This document shows, piece after piece, positions 28,269 to 37,962 of a stretch of DNA of 64,000 nt. The stretch is from an uncultured Holophaga sp. (GTDB lineage: Bacteria > Acidobacteriota > Holophagae > Holophagales > Holophagaceae). The stretch covers positions 3,136,001 to 3,200,000 of the forward strand of contig OY761614.1 in NCBI GenBank assembly GCA_963664825.1, in the 5' to 3' direction. Position numbers and translations under genes: made by a program. Below the pieces are notes generated by a model. The model searched no databases, was not told the origin of the DNA, and saw only the letters and a list, made by a program, of their open reading frames with translations. Each line of letters starts with the position of its first letter. Position 1 is the first letter of the stretch.

Positions 28269-29519
28269 ATGACTGTCAACCAGCGCCGACGCGTGGTCAT
28301 CACTGGTATGGGCACCGTCAATCCCTGCGGCAACACCGTGTCGGAAACCTGGGCTAACCTGCTCGCCGGCAAGAGCGGCATTGGCCTCATCGATCGCTTC
28401 GATACCACCGAATTCGCCTGCAAGATCGGGGGCCAGGTCAAGGGCTTCAATCCCGACCTGTCCATCGAGAAAAAAGAACAGAAGAAGATGGATCTCTTCA
28501 TCCAATACGCCATGGCGGCCACCCAGGAAGCCATGGAGGACTCGGGGTTGGCGGCCCTCAAACTCAGCAAGGCCGAGCGCGAGATGTTCGGTGTGTGCAT
28601 CGGTTCGGGCATCGGCGGCCTGGGCACCATCTGGAATGAAGCCCACGGCTACCGCGGCCCCCGCCGCACCAGCCCCTTCTTCATCCCGAGCCTGATCATC
28701 AATCTGGCCGGTGGGAACGTCAGCATCAAATACGGTCTCCAGGGCCCGAACAGTGCCTGCGCCACCGCCTGTGCCACGGGCACCCATTCCATCGGTGATG
28801 CGAGTCGACTCATCATGCACGGCTATGCCGATCGCATGGTGGCCGGCGGTGCCGATTCGGTGATCAACGAACTGGGGGTGGGTGGTTTCGCGGCCATGCG
28901 GGCCCTTTCCACCCGCAACGATGAGCCCGAGAAGGCCAGTCGTCCCTTCGACAAGGATCGGGACGGTTTCGTCATGGGCGAGGGTGCGGGCATCGTGGTC
29001 CTCGAGGAATACGAATTGGCCAAGGCCCGGGGCGCCAAGATCCACGCCGAGATCGTGGGATATGGCATGTCTGGGGACGCCTATCACATGACCAGCCCCA
29101 GCGAGGACGGAGACGGTCCCTGCCGGGTGATGGTGGCCGCCATGAAGGACGCGGGCCTGCGGCCCGAACAGATCGGCTACGTGAACGCCCATGGGACCTC
29201 GACCCCTGCGGGAGACCGCATCGAGTGCCTAGCCATCCGGAACGCCTTCGGAGCCGCGGCGAACAAGATCAAGATCTCTTCCAGCAAGTCCATGCACGGA
29301 CATCTGCTGGGAGCCGCCGGCGGGTTGGAGACCGTCCTCTGCGCCATGGTCGGCAAGACCGGCCAGATTCCGCCCACCATCAATGTGGAGAACCAGGATG
29401 AGGCCTGCGGCCTGGATGTGACGGCCAATGCCATCGGACATTTCGATGGCGAATACGTCCTGAACAACAACTTCGGATTCGGCGGCACCAACGCCTGCGT
29501 GATCCTCCGCCGAATCTGA
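28269..29519 (+). CDS. fabF: 3-oxoacyl-ACP synthase II
   Basis: [38 protein letters not shown]. Confidence 0.97.
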   Translation: MTVNQRRRVVITGMGTVNPCGNTVSETWANLLAGKSGIGLIDRFDTTEFACKIGGQVKGFNPDLSIEKKEQKKMDLFIQYAMAATQEAMEDSGLAALKLSKAEREMFGVCIGSGIGGLGTIWNEAHGYRGPRRTSPFFIPSLIINLAGGNVSIKYGLQGPNSACATACATGTHSIGDASRLIMHGYADRMVAGGADSVINELGVGGFAAMRALSTRNDEPEKASRPFDKDRDGFVMGEGAGIVVLEEYELAKARGAKIHAEIVGYGMSGDAYHMTSPSEDGDGPCRVMVAAMKDAGLRPEQIGYVNAHGTSTPAGDRIECLAIRNAFGAAANKIKISSSKSMHGHLLGAAGGLETVLCAMVGKTGQIPPTINVENQDEACGLDVTANAIGHFDGEYVLNNNFGFGGTNACVILRRI

Positions 29520-29541
29520 TCGGGTCCATCCCCTTCCACCT

Positions 29542-29571
29542 CAAAAAAGCGGCGCCTGCGCCGCTTTTTTG
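29542..29571 (+). terminator. fabF terminator (bidirectional shape)
   Basis: CAAAAAAGCGGCGC-ct-GCGCCGCTTTTTTG. Confidence 0.85.
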
Positions 29572-29582
29572 TTGGGGTGGAC

Positions 29583-29597
29583 TCGCTATTTTTTCGC
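29583..29597 (+). promoter_or_regulatory. Candidate SOS operator upstream of uvrB
   Basis: TCGC-TATTTTT-TCGC, 13/15 identical to the box in the imuB promoter. Confidence 0.6.
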
Positions 29598-29620
29598 CGC
29601 TCTCCAGCAGGCCTGGGACA

Positions 29621-31639
29621 ATGACCCCCATGCCCAAGGCCGCCCCCTTCAAACTCGTCGCTCCTTACTCCCCCGCCGGGGACCAACCGGAGGCCATCGC
29701 CCAGCTGGTGGCGGGCATCGAGGCCGGGGAACGGTGCCAGACACTCCTTGGCGTGACGGGAAGCGGCAAGACCTTCACCATGGCCAGTGCCATCGCCCGG
29801 GTGAACCGGCCCGCGCTGATCTTTGCGCCCAACAAGACTCTGGCGGCCCAGCTCTTCAGCGAGTTCAAGCAGTTCTTCCCCGAGAACGCCGTCGAGTACT
29901 TCGTCAGCTACTACGACTACTACCAGCCCGAGGCCTACGTCCCCGAGCGGGATCTCTTCATCGACAAGGATGCCGCAATCAACGAGGAGCTGGAGAAGCT
30001 GCGGCTATCGGCCACCCGCTGCCTGCTGGAGCGCCGGGACACCATCGTGGTGGCCTCTGTGAGCTGCATCTATGGTCTGGGAGATCCTGCGAACTACCTG
30101 AACCTCTCCATCACCCTGAACGTGGGGGACACCCGGGAACGCGCCATGCTGCTGCGGGATCTGGTGGCCATCCAGTACGCCCGCAATCAGGTGGCCTTCG
30201 AGCCTGGCGTCTTCCGTGTGCGCGGGGATGTGGTGGAGGTCTATTCCGCCTACGAGGATGTGGCCTACCGCATCGAACTCTTCGGGGACGAGATCGAGCG
30301 CCTCTCGAAGATCGACCCCCTGCGGGGCGTGGTGCTCGAGAAGCTCGAGACCCTGACCATCTGGCCCAAGACCCACTACGTGACGCCCGAGGACAGGCTG
30401 GAAAAGGCCATCCGTGAGATCAAGCTTGAACTGGAGGCCCGGGAGAACGCCTTCCGCGCCGAAGGCCGCATCGTCGAATTGCAGCGCCTGCACCAGCGCA
30501 CCATCTACGACCTGGAGATGATGAAGGAGATGGGCTACTGCTCGGGTATCGAGAACTACAGCCGCTTCCTGGACGGCCGCCAGCCCGGCGAGCCGCCCCA
30601 TACGTTGCTGGACTATTTCCCCGAGGATTTCGTGCTCTTCATGGACGAGAGCCATGTGGCCACGGGGCAGCTGCACGGCATGTACAACGGGGACCGCAGC
30701 CGCAAGACCACCCTGGTCGATTACGGATTCCGCCTGCCGGCCGCCCTGGATAACCGTCCCCTCAAATTCGAGGAGTTCGAGGCCAGGGTCAAGCAGATCG
30801 TCTTCGTGAGCGCCACCCCCGGCGACTACGAACTCCAGCAGAGCGGGGGCGTCATCGTGGAGCAGGTGGTGCGCCCTACGGGGCTGGTGGATCCCCAGAT
30901 CGAGGTGCGCCCCGTGGGCACCCAGGTGGACGATCTGCTCGAGGAGATCCGGAAGGTGGTGGCTCGCGATGAGCGGGTGCTGGTGACGGTGCTCACCAAG
31001 AAACTGGCCGAACAGCTCACGGCCTACTACCGGGAAGTGGGGGTGAAGGCCGAATACCTCCACAGCGAGATCGAGACGTTGGACCGGGTGGAACTGCTCA
31101 AGGGACTGCGCCGGGGCACCTTCGATGTGCTCATCGGCATCAATCTTCTGCGGGAAGGCCTGGATCTGCCGGAGGTCTCCCTCATCGCCATCCTGGATGC
31201 CGACAAGGAGGGCTTCCTCCGCAACACCCGCAGCCTGATCCAGAGCATCGGCCGGGCTGCGCGCAACGTGAACGGCAAGGCCATTCTCTATGCGGATCGG
31301 ATGACGGGTTCCATCACCGCTGCCATCGGCGAGACCAGCCGCCGTCGCCAGAAGCAGCTGGATCACAATGCCGCCCATGGCATCACGCCGGAGACCATCC
31401 GCAAGAATATCGACGATGTGCTGGGGGAGGCCGTGGCCCGGGAATTCGTCAGCGTGCCCAAGGACCAGGCCGCCGAGGAACCCCTCCTCTACCTGGACGA
31501 CGGGGCCTTCGAGAAGGCCCTGGCCCAGCTGGAGAAGAAGATGCAGACCCACGCCAGCCGCATGGAATTCGAGGAGGCCGCCGCACTGCGGGATCGCGTC
31601 CTCCACCTGCGGCGGGAACGGCTCATCAGCGCGATCTGA
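29621..31639 (+). CDS. uvrB: Excinuclease ABC subunit B
   Basis: [39 protein letters not shown]-terminal UVR domain; start could be ATG 29630. Confidence 0.98.
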   Translation: MTPMPKAAPFKLVAPYSPAGDQPEAIAQLVAGIEAGERCQTLLGVTGSGKTFTMASAIARVNRPALIFAPNKTLAAQLFSEFKQFFPENAVEYFVSYYDYYQPEAYVPERDLFIDKDAAINEELEKLRLSATRCLLERRDTIVVASVSCIYGLGDPANYLNLSITLNVGDTRERAMLLRDLVAIQYARNQVAFEPGVFRVRGDVVEVYSAYEDVAYRIELFGDEIERLSKIDPLRGVVLEKLETLTIWPKTHYVTPEDRLEKAIREIKLELEARENAFRAEGRIVELQRLHQRTIYDLEMMKEMGYCSGIENYSRFLDGRQPGEPPHTLLDYFPEDFVLFMDESHVATGQLHGMYNGDRSRKTTLVDYGFRLPAALDNRPLKFEEFEARVKQIVFVSATPGDYELQQSGGVIVEQVVRPTGLVDPQIEVRPVGTQVDDLLEEIRKVVARDERVLVTVLTKKLAEQLTAYYREVGVKAEYLHSEIETLDRVELLKGLRRGTFDVLIGINLLREGLDLPEVSLIAILDADKEGFLRNTRSLIQSIGRAARNVNGKAILYADRMTGSITAAIGETSRRRQKQLDHNAAHGITPETIRKNIDDVLGEAVAREFVSVPKDQAAEEPLLYLDDGAFEKALAQLEKKMQTHASRMEFEEAAALRDRVLHLRRERLISAI

Positions 31640-31648
31640 TCCGGAGTC

Positions 31649-33040
31649 TTAGGGCCTGCTGTACATCCGGATCACCCTCTCGATGGCGGCCTGGCAGGCC
31701 GCGCAGAAGGGCACATCGTTCCGGGAGAACATGATGCAGTCCTCCTGGGCGCGGAAGTAGCCCGTGGCCTCGTAATTGGCGCCTTCGAAGGCCCCCACCT
31801 TGCCGGACCACGCGTCGGTGCCCAGCAGTTTCCCCTCGCTGGCCTTCACCCGGAGCATGAGGGTCTCCATCTCGGATTCCGGGCGGTTCTCGGCCCGGAT
31901 CTGCCGCCGCTCCTGCTGGTAGGCGTAGCTGGCCTTTTCGAAGGCCTGCTTCTTCCAGGGGGAGGGCAGGGGCACGCCGGGGTTCAGCAAGGCCTTCCAC
32001 TTGGGGTTCTTGGGGTCCGCGGTGGCATTGGGCTCCCAGGGCTCCGGGCGCTGTTTGCTCGCCTCGTAGGCCACGTCTGATGTGTAGTATTCGTCGGCCA
32101 GGCCCGCGAAGTGGTGGCCGAATTCGTGGACGAAGATGTAGGGGCTGAAGGCGTTATCCGAGGCCACGGTGCCGTAGAGGCCGAAGATGCCGCCGCCTCC
32201 GTAGGTCTGGCCGTTCACCAGGATCTCCATGAACTCGTAGGGGGCGAAGGAGGCCGCATCGCGCACCGCGCGGTTTTCGAACGTGAGCACGTAGCGTTCG
32301 CTGCCGAAGGTGTCATAGGCGCATCCCAGGGGTGATCGGCGCTGGAGGCCCGTGGAGGGCCGAGCGATCCCGGATTCCCGGGCCAGGGGGCAGAGGGCCC
32401 AGACGTTGAAGTCCTGGCGGTGCTCCTTGTAGGGCGAAGTGGCGAAGAGCTGCTCCACGAGGCGCCGGGCATCCTTCTCGAACTTGGGCCGTTCCGCCTG
32501 GGTGTAGCCGTCGCCGAGGATCAGGAAGTCCACCTTGTGGGCGGGATCCCCGCTCTGTTGCAGGGCGATGAGGTCTCCGGGAGAGGGGGGCAGGGCCCGA
32601 TCGATGAACATGTCCTTGGGATCCAGCGTGAAGGACCAGACTTCCTTGAAGGTGTTCTGGGCGTCGCGCTTCTTCACGTTGATCTGCACGGGGCCGCTCG
32701 GTTCGGGGAAGCGCAGGGATTCCTGGAAGGTGCGAGCCTGTTTCCGGCCTTCCTCGGTCCCCTCCCACTCGCCGTAGATGCTGCAGAAGCCCCGGGAGTA
32801 GACCACCCTGTTCGTGGCCCGGTCCACCACTTCGAAGAAGTATTTCCCCAGATTGGATGCGTCCAGGTTGCTGGCGGGATGGCCGGGCCAGGGCAGGGGC
32901 TCCTGGACGGTGCGGTCCAGGCTGAACTGCTCCGAGGTGGCGGTGCCCGTATGGAAGTAGTCCACGCGCAGGGTTCGCGGGGGGGCCGCAGCCAGGAAGG
33001 TCGCGATCAGGGTCAGGCCGAGGGTTCGGAGTGCATTCAT
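31649..33040 (-). CDS. Secreted M64-family (IgA peptidase-like) metallopeptidase
   Basis: Signal peptide; LRVDYFHTG, LGDGYT, YGGGGIF, HEFGHHFAGLADEY, FEGANY..CIM..FC..C. Confidence 0.9.
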   Translation of the reverse strand: MNALRTLGLTLIATFLAAAPPRTLRVDYFHTGTATSEQFSLDRTVQEPLPWPGHPASNLDASNLGKYFFEVVDRATNRVVYSRGFCSIYGEWEGTEEGRKQARTFQESLRFPEPSGPVQINVKKRDAQNTFKEVWSFTLDPKDMFIDRALPPSPGDLIALQQSGDPAHKVDFLILGDGYTQAERPKFEKDARRLVEQLFATSPYKEHRQDFNVWALCPLARESGIARPSTGLQRRSPLGCAYDTFGSERYVLTFENRAVRDAASFAPYEFMEILVNGQTYGGGGIFGLYGTVASDNAFSPYIFVHEFGHHFAGLADEYYTSDVAYEASKQRPEPWEPNATADPKNPKWKALLNPGVPLPSPWKKQAFEKASYAYQQERRQIRAENRPESEMETLMLRVKASEGKLLGTDAWSGKVGAFEGANYEATGYFRAQEDCIMFSRNDVPFCAACQAAIERVIRMYSRP

Positions 33041-33100
33041 ATGGGTACCTCCCGGCCAGGATACTCCGGGTCGTGGGACAATGGCCGGTCCGGAGGCACC

Positions 33101-33397
33101 ATGCTCACGCCCAAACAGCGCCAGTTCCTGAAGGCCGAGGCCCATCACTTGAAACCTGTTGTCCACATCGGGAAAGCCGGTGTGACCGAGGCGCTGGTCC
33201 AGGAGCTGGATGTCATGCTCGAGAGCCTGGAACTCATCAAGCTCAAGCTCAACCAGAACACCTTCGAGGATCTGGAGACCACCGTGGAGGCTCTCACTCG
33301 CAAGATCGAGGGCCTTCAGCATGTGTGGACCATCGGCCGGACGGTCCTGGTCTTCCGGGCCAGCCGGAACAAACCGACGGCATTCCCTTTACCTTGA
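33101..33397 (+). CDS. yhbY: YhbY/CRM-domain RNA-binding protein
   Basis: MLTPKQRQFLKAEAHHLKPVVHIGKAG, ELIKLK, IGRT. Confidence 0.92.
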   Translation: MLTPKQRQFLKAEAHHLKPVVHIGKAGVTEALVQELDVMLESLELIKLKLNQNTFEDLETTVEALTRKIEGLQHVWTIGRTVLVFRASRNKPTAFPLP

Positions 33398-33433
33398 GGG
33401 AAATCGTCCGATAAGACTCCAGAGGGGGTACGT

Positions 33434-35536
33434 CTGTCTTATCTTTCGTGGTCTGAGGGGGATCATCTCCAGCGCCATGCGCTCGAGAAGGATGGCCTAT
33501 TGGGCCGGGATCCCGGGGAATGCGAATTCAACTTCCCCGGGGAGAATAGCGTCTCCCGTCGGCATGCGGAGATCATCCGGGTCCAGGATGCTTGGTGGAT
33601 CCGGGACCTGGATTCAAAAAATGGCACGCGCCTCAATGGGGTGGCCCTCAGCGCCCCCGAGGGCCATCCCCTCGCCGATGGGGACGAGATCCTCCTGGGG
33701 GATATTCCCCTCCATTTTACGGCGGGCTTCCCCGGGCTGGATCCGGCGCTCTTCATCGAACACGTGGGGGATCTCTTTTCCGAAGCCTGGTCGGAACCCT
33801 CTCAGGCCTCCATCCTGCTCCGGGGCCTCGAACTGCTGCACCACTCCACGGGCATCTTGCTGCAAGAGACTTCCTTTTCCGCGCTCATCCAGAGTCTCCT
33901 GAGCGAGGCCCTCAAGCTCCTGGCGGCGGAGCGCGGCTTCGTGGTGATGGTGGGCCGCGATGGCAGTTGGCACACAGCCTACCGCATTGGCGATGTGAAG
34001 GATCAGACGGGACTCTCCCACTCCGTCTTGCGCTATGCGATCACCCACCGGACCGGTGTGCTCTCCAACGCGCCCATGGCCGATCCCCGCTTCGGGGGCG
34101 TGAGCCTGGTGGAACTCCATCGGGGGGCCCTCCTCTGCGCGCCCATGGAGATCGAAGACGAAGTGAAGGGCGTGCTCTATCTGGACCGGATGGGGGAGGG
34201 ACGCCCCTTCACGCGCTTCGATCTCTCCCTGGTCCAGGCCTTCGTGCGCCAGGGCGCGGTGGCCCTTCGCCATGCCCATCTGGCCCAGCAGGCCCTTGTC
34301 CAGGCGGAGATCCAGGGGGAAATGCTCCGACTGCGCTGTCTCAACGAGCGGGTGATCTCCCGCACGGGAGAGATCCTCGCGGCCATGGCCTCCTCCCTCC
34401 GCTGGCTCCAGAGCTATGGAGAGAAGGCCCACGGGGAGACCTCCGAGACCCTGCGTCACCAGGTGGACCGCCTGCACTATCTGGTCGAGGCCGCGGCCCA
34501 GGAGGCCCTCCTGGAGACGCCCAGGGAGGCCTCCAGCGCCTCCAGTCTGGAGACGCTCCTCGGGGCGCTGGAACCCGCCTGGCAGAACCTGGTGAAGATC
34601 CGCGGCGCCGAATTGGAACTGGAACCCGTGCCGAAGGGCACGATCTGGATCGCGGGCAGCCTGGCGGTCCAGGCCGTGGCGGGGCTGGTGGAACCCATGC
34701 TCATGGCGCTGCCGGAAGCCCAGAGGGTGTGTGGGCGCTGGCAGGAAGAGGGCGGCAATTGGGTGCTCCGCCTGGCCTTTCCCATGGGTAGCCATGGCCC
34801 GGCGCCGGATCTCTGGACTACTCAGAGCCTTCAGAACTCCGGGATCGTGTGGCGCTGGTCGGACCAAGCCCTCTCTATCACCTTTCCCCGGGGCCTCGAT
34901 ACCGCTCCGGAGCTGCCCCCCCTGCCGCTGCTGGGCCTCGTCACCGAGGAGCTGGAACTGATGGGGCTCTTCCAGAGCGTGGCCGAGGCGGGCCAGCTCA
35001 GCATCTTTCCCCTGGAGGAAGAGCCTCCGCTGCCGCCGCTGCCCTATTTCCGCTACCTGGTGATCGATGCCCTCGGCGTCAAGGACACGGTGACCTGCAT
35101 CCAGGCCTACCGGCGGCATCCCAATTTCACCACGGTGCCGATCCTGGTGGTGCGCGCTCCCGAGGAGCTCTTCTCCACGCTGCTGGCGGCCGGAGCCACG
35201 GACTGGCTGCCCGAGGGCTTCCGCTGGGAGACCCTCCATCATCGCCTGCAGGTGCTCAAGGGGCACGAGGAGTTGCAGCGCAAGGCCTTGGCCGCCGAGC
35301 GTCTGGATTCCTTCCGGCAGATGGCGGGCACCCTCAAGCACGAGATCAATAACCCCCTGGCGATCATTTCCCTCCAGGTGGAGCTCCTGGAACGGAAATA
35401 CCCCGAGGAGTCCAAGCTGGGGAAGATCGGCGAGATGATCGAGCGCATCCGGGCCCTGATGCAGGTCCTTCAGAAGATGCGCGAGATGCCGGTGGAGGAT
35501 TATCCCGATGGGAGCAGCATCCTCAAATTGAGGTGA
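33434..35536 (+). CDS. FHA-GAF signalling protein with degenerate receiver-like and C-terminal HisKA-only domain
   Basis: FHA GR..SVSRRHA..DLDSKNGTRLNG; GAF LCAPM..GVLYLD; HisKA LKHEINNPL. Start proposed at CTG 33434 (GAGGGGG RBS); the ORF track uses TTG 33500. Confidence 0.8.
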   Translation: MSYLSWSEGDHLQRHALEKDGLLGRDPGECEFNFPGENSVSRRHAEIIRVQDAWWIRDLDSKNGTRLNGVALSAPEGHPLADGDEILLGDIPLHFTAGFPGLDPALFIEHVGDLFSEAWSEPSQASILLRGLELLHHSTGILLQETSFSALIQSLLSEALKLLAAERGFVVMVGRDGSWHTAYRIGDVKDQTGLSHSVLRYAITHRTGVLSNAPMADPRFGGVSLVELHRGALLCAPMEIEDEVKGVLYLDRMGEGRPFTRFDLSLVQAFVRQGAVALRHAHLAQQALVQAEIQGEMLRLRCLNERVISRTGEILAAMASSLRWLQSYGEKAHGETSETLRHQVDRLHYLVEAAAQEALLETPREASSASSLETLLGALEPAWQNLVKIRGAELELEPVPKGTIWIAGSLAVQAVAGLVEPMLMALPEAQRVCGRWQEEGGNWVLRLAFPMGSHGPAPDLWTTQSLQNSGIVWRWSDQALSITFPRGLDTAPELPPLPLLGLVTEELELMGLFQSVAEAGQLSIFPLEEEPPLPPLPYFRYLVIDALGVKDTVTCIQAYRRHPNFTTVPILVVRAPEELFSTLLAAGATDWLPEGFRWETLHHRLQVLKGHEELQRKALAAERLDSFRQMAGTLKHEINNPLAIISLQVELLERKYPEESKLGKIGEMIERIRALMQVLQKMREMPVEDYPDGSSILKLR

Positions 35537-36086
35537 GGTCCCTGAACCAGGTCAGGCCCTCTTCCGTCATCAGGCCCTGCACCGGCAGATCCTGGGGGGA
35601 GATGGGCAGGCGGGGGGCCTGCTGGATGGAAAATCCGACACCGAGTGTGATCACGTCTTCGGAGAGATGTCCCAGCAGGGCATCGTAGAAGCCCTTGCCG
35701 TAGCCCAGGCGGAAGCCCTCCCCATCGAAGGCGAGGCCCGGCACCAGCAGCAGCTGCGCAGGGGGCAGGAAGTGTTGGGCGAGAACTGGCTCCAGGAGGC
35801 CGAAGAGGCCGGGCTCCAGGGGCTCGGGCCCCCAGGCCAGGCGGGGTGGGCTCGTGGAGGTGATGCGGGGGAAGGTGAAGGTCCATTCCGGGTGGGCCTG
35901 GACGAGGGGGCGCAGATCGATCTCGGAACCCAGGGGCCAGAAGGCCCCGATGCGCCGGATGCGCCGGCTGGTGCAGAAGGCCCCGAGGCGTCCGCAGATG
36001 GCCTGCGACCACGCCTCTCGCATCTCCAGCGGGGCCCCGTTGCGCAGTGCCTTGAAATGTGCTCGGAATTCGGACTTGGTCTCCAT
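35523..36086 (-). CDS. 5-formyltetrahydrofolate cyclo-ligase
   Basis: K...R, SEIDL, GLLEP, VPGLAFD..G.RLGYGKGFYD. Confidence 0.92.
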   Translation of the reverse strand: METKSEFRAHFKALRNGAPLEMREAWSQAICGRLGAFCTSRRIRRIGAFWPLGSEIDLRPLVQAHPEWTFTFPRITSTSPPRLAWGPEPLEPGLFGLLEPVLAQHFLPPAQLLLVPGLAFDGEGFRLGYGKGFYDALLGHLSEDVITLGVGFSIQQAPRLPISPQDLPVQGLMTEEGLTWFRDLTSI

Positions 36087-36174
36087 GGGTTCCAGGAGAC
36101 CAGAGGGGGCAGGGGGCGTCAACCGGGCCCGGGCGTTCCGGGGGGCTGGGGTATCCTCGCTATGGAGGTTCCTC

Positions 36175-37374
36175 GTGATCTATGGTTGGCGCTGGTCTCG
36201 TGTCTTGGGTGGGGCCGTCCTGGGCCTTTCCACTGTCGTCCTGGTCGCGCTGCCTCCCGCCCCTGGGACGACGCGCTTGGTGCAATCGGCGCCCGTGGAG
36301 ACGGAGCTGGCCTCCCCGGAACTGCCCTTCGCCAAGGATGTGTGGGTGGACATGATTCGCTCGGCGACGCGTCGCCTGGATTTCGCCCAGTTCTACGTCA
36401 TGAACCACCCTGGGAGCGCGCTGGAACCGGTGTTTCAGGAACTGGAAAAGGCGGCGGCCCGGGGGGTCCGCATCCGTTTCCTGCTCTCCTCCAAGATGCT
36501 GGATCAGGATCCGGCTTCCGTGGCGCGGCTGCGGGGCCTGAAGGGGGCCGAGGTGCGGAGCTTCGATCTCCAGAAGATCTCCGAGGGGATCCTGCACGCC
36601 AAGTATTTCCTGGTGGATGGCTGGGAGGCCTTCCTGGGCAGCCAGAATTTCGATTGGCGGGCCCTGGAGCACATCCACGAGATGGGTGTGCGGACCACCG
36701 AAGCCGCCATCACCGGCAAGCTGCAGGAACTCTTTGACATCGACTGGCGCTTCGCGGAGACGGGTGCACTCCCCCACCTGGCCGGGAAGCCTTTCCCGGT
36801 TGGGCTCCGACCCGCCGTGGAACTGGTGGCCAGCCCGCCCTTCCTGACGCCTCCGGATGTGCGGCCTGCCCTGCCTGCGCTCTTGGAATTGCTGGGCCAG
36901 GCTCAGAAAAATATCCGGATCCAGCTCCTCACCTATTCGCCCCTCTCGGGCAGGGAGGGCTACTGGCCTGTCCTGGATGATGCCCTGCGGGCCGCCGCCG
37001 TGCGGGGCGTGAAGGTGCAGATGCTGGTCTCCGACTGGGCCCTGGGCGGCCGCGCCCTGGATCATCTCAAATCCCTCACCCTACTTCCCAATTGCGAGGT
37101 CCGGATCGTCTCCATTCCCGAGGCCTCCGCGGGCCACATCCCCTTCGCGCGCACCGTGCACAGCAAGTATCTGGTCGTGGACGAGGAGATCCTGTGGCTG
37201 GGCACCAGTAACTGGGAGAAGGATTACTTCGTGGCCTCGCGCAATATCGAACTGATCTTCCGGGATGGCGCACTCGCGTCCCAGGGTCTGCGGATCTTCG
37301 GGAGGGTCTGGAACAGCGCCTACGCCAGACCCCTGGAGCCGCTCCGGCACTACGAAAGACGGAAGGTCGATTAG
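36175..37374 (+). CDS. Exported phospholipase D-family protein (PLD3/K4-like)
   Basis: Two HKD motifs, HAKYFLVD..GSQNFDWRAL and HSKYLVVD..GTSNW; N-terminal signal; GGAGG RBS before GTG 36175. Confidence 0.88.
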   Translation: MIYGWRWSRVLGGAVLGLSTVVLVALPPAPGTTRLVQSAPVETELASPELPFAKDVWVDMIRSATRRLDFAQFYVMNHPGSALEPVFQELEKAAARGVRIRFLLSSKMLDQDPASVARLRGLKGAEVRSFDLQKISEGILHAKYFLVDGWEAFLGSQNFDWRALEHIHEMGVRTTEAAITGKLQELFDIDWRFAETGALPHLAGKPFPVGLRPAVELVASPPFLTPPDVRPALPALLELLGQAQKNIRIQLLTYSPLSGREGYWPVLDDALRAAAVRGVKVQMLVSDWALGGRALDHLKSLTLLPNCEVRIVSIPEASAGHIPFARTVHSKYLVVDEEILWLGTSNWEKDYFVASRNIELIFRDGALASQGLRIFGRVWNSAYARPLEPLRHYERRKVD

Positions 37375-37391
37375 GTTCCCGAGGGAAGGGG

Positions 37392-37430
37392 TTGACCTTC
37401 TGATGGCCCCAATCGATAATTTCTTATCGA
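37392..37430 (+). promoter_or_regulatory. kal-bcd-etfBA promoter with overlapping palindromic operator (Rex-like)
   Basis: TTGACC-N17-GATAAT; perfect palindrome TCGATAA-N4-TTATCGA at 37413-37430 covering the -10. Confidence 0.6.
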
Positions 37431-37542
37431 GACGCAGGCCTCGGTCTTTACCTTCCGGCGATCTCGCTGCGGGGTAAGGTGGGGCGGGTGTTTCTCCCGC
37501 TCCTGCGAGGCTTGAGCCGATTCCAGGACCTGGGGGTATTAC

Positions 37543-37938
37543 ATGTCGCACAAATCAATGATCCGACTCCGCATGAGTAGCCACGATGCCCATTACGGCG
37601 GCAATTTGGTGGACGGGGCCCGGATGCTGGGACTCTTCGGGGATGTGGCCACGGAGCTCCTCATCCTTCAGGACGGTGACGAGGGGCTCTTCGCGGGTTA
37701 CGAGCAGGTGGAATTCCTGGCCCCTGTATTTGCCGGGGACTTCATCGAAGCCGTGGGCGAGATCGTCAAAGTCGGCAATTCCTCCCGGAAGATGACCTTC
37801 GAGGCCCGGAAGGTCATCGTGCCCAGGCCCGACCTCAACGACTCCGCAGCCGACGCTCTGGCTGAGCCGATCGTGGTATGCAGGGCCGTGGGCACCTGCG
37901 TGGTGCCCAAGGGCAAGCAGCGCAAGGGCGCTTGTTAG
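37543..37938 (+). CDS. kal: 3-aminobutyryl-CoA ammonia lyase (lysine fermentation)
   Basis: [40 protein letters not shown], hotdog fold. Confidence 0.92.
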   Translation: MSHKSMIRLRMSSHDAHYGGNLVDGARMLGLFGDVATELLILQDGDEGLFAGYEQVEFLAPVFAGDFIEAVGEIVKVGNSSRKMTFEARKVIVPRPDLNDSAADALAEPIVVCRAVGTCVVPKGKQRKGAC

Positions 37939-37962
37939 AACGGAAATCCGCCGAGGTCCCAG

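Noticed and set aside
36087..36175. 6S RNA upstream of the 5-formyl-THF cyclo-ligase
   Set aside because: The gap is about 90 nt and occupied by divergent gene starts; too short for 6S RNA.
37431..37542. Lysine riboswitch upstream of kal
   Set aside because: Too short, and it lacks the conserved L-box features.
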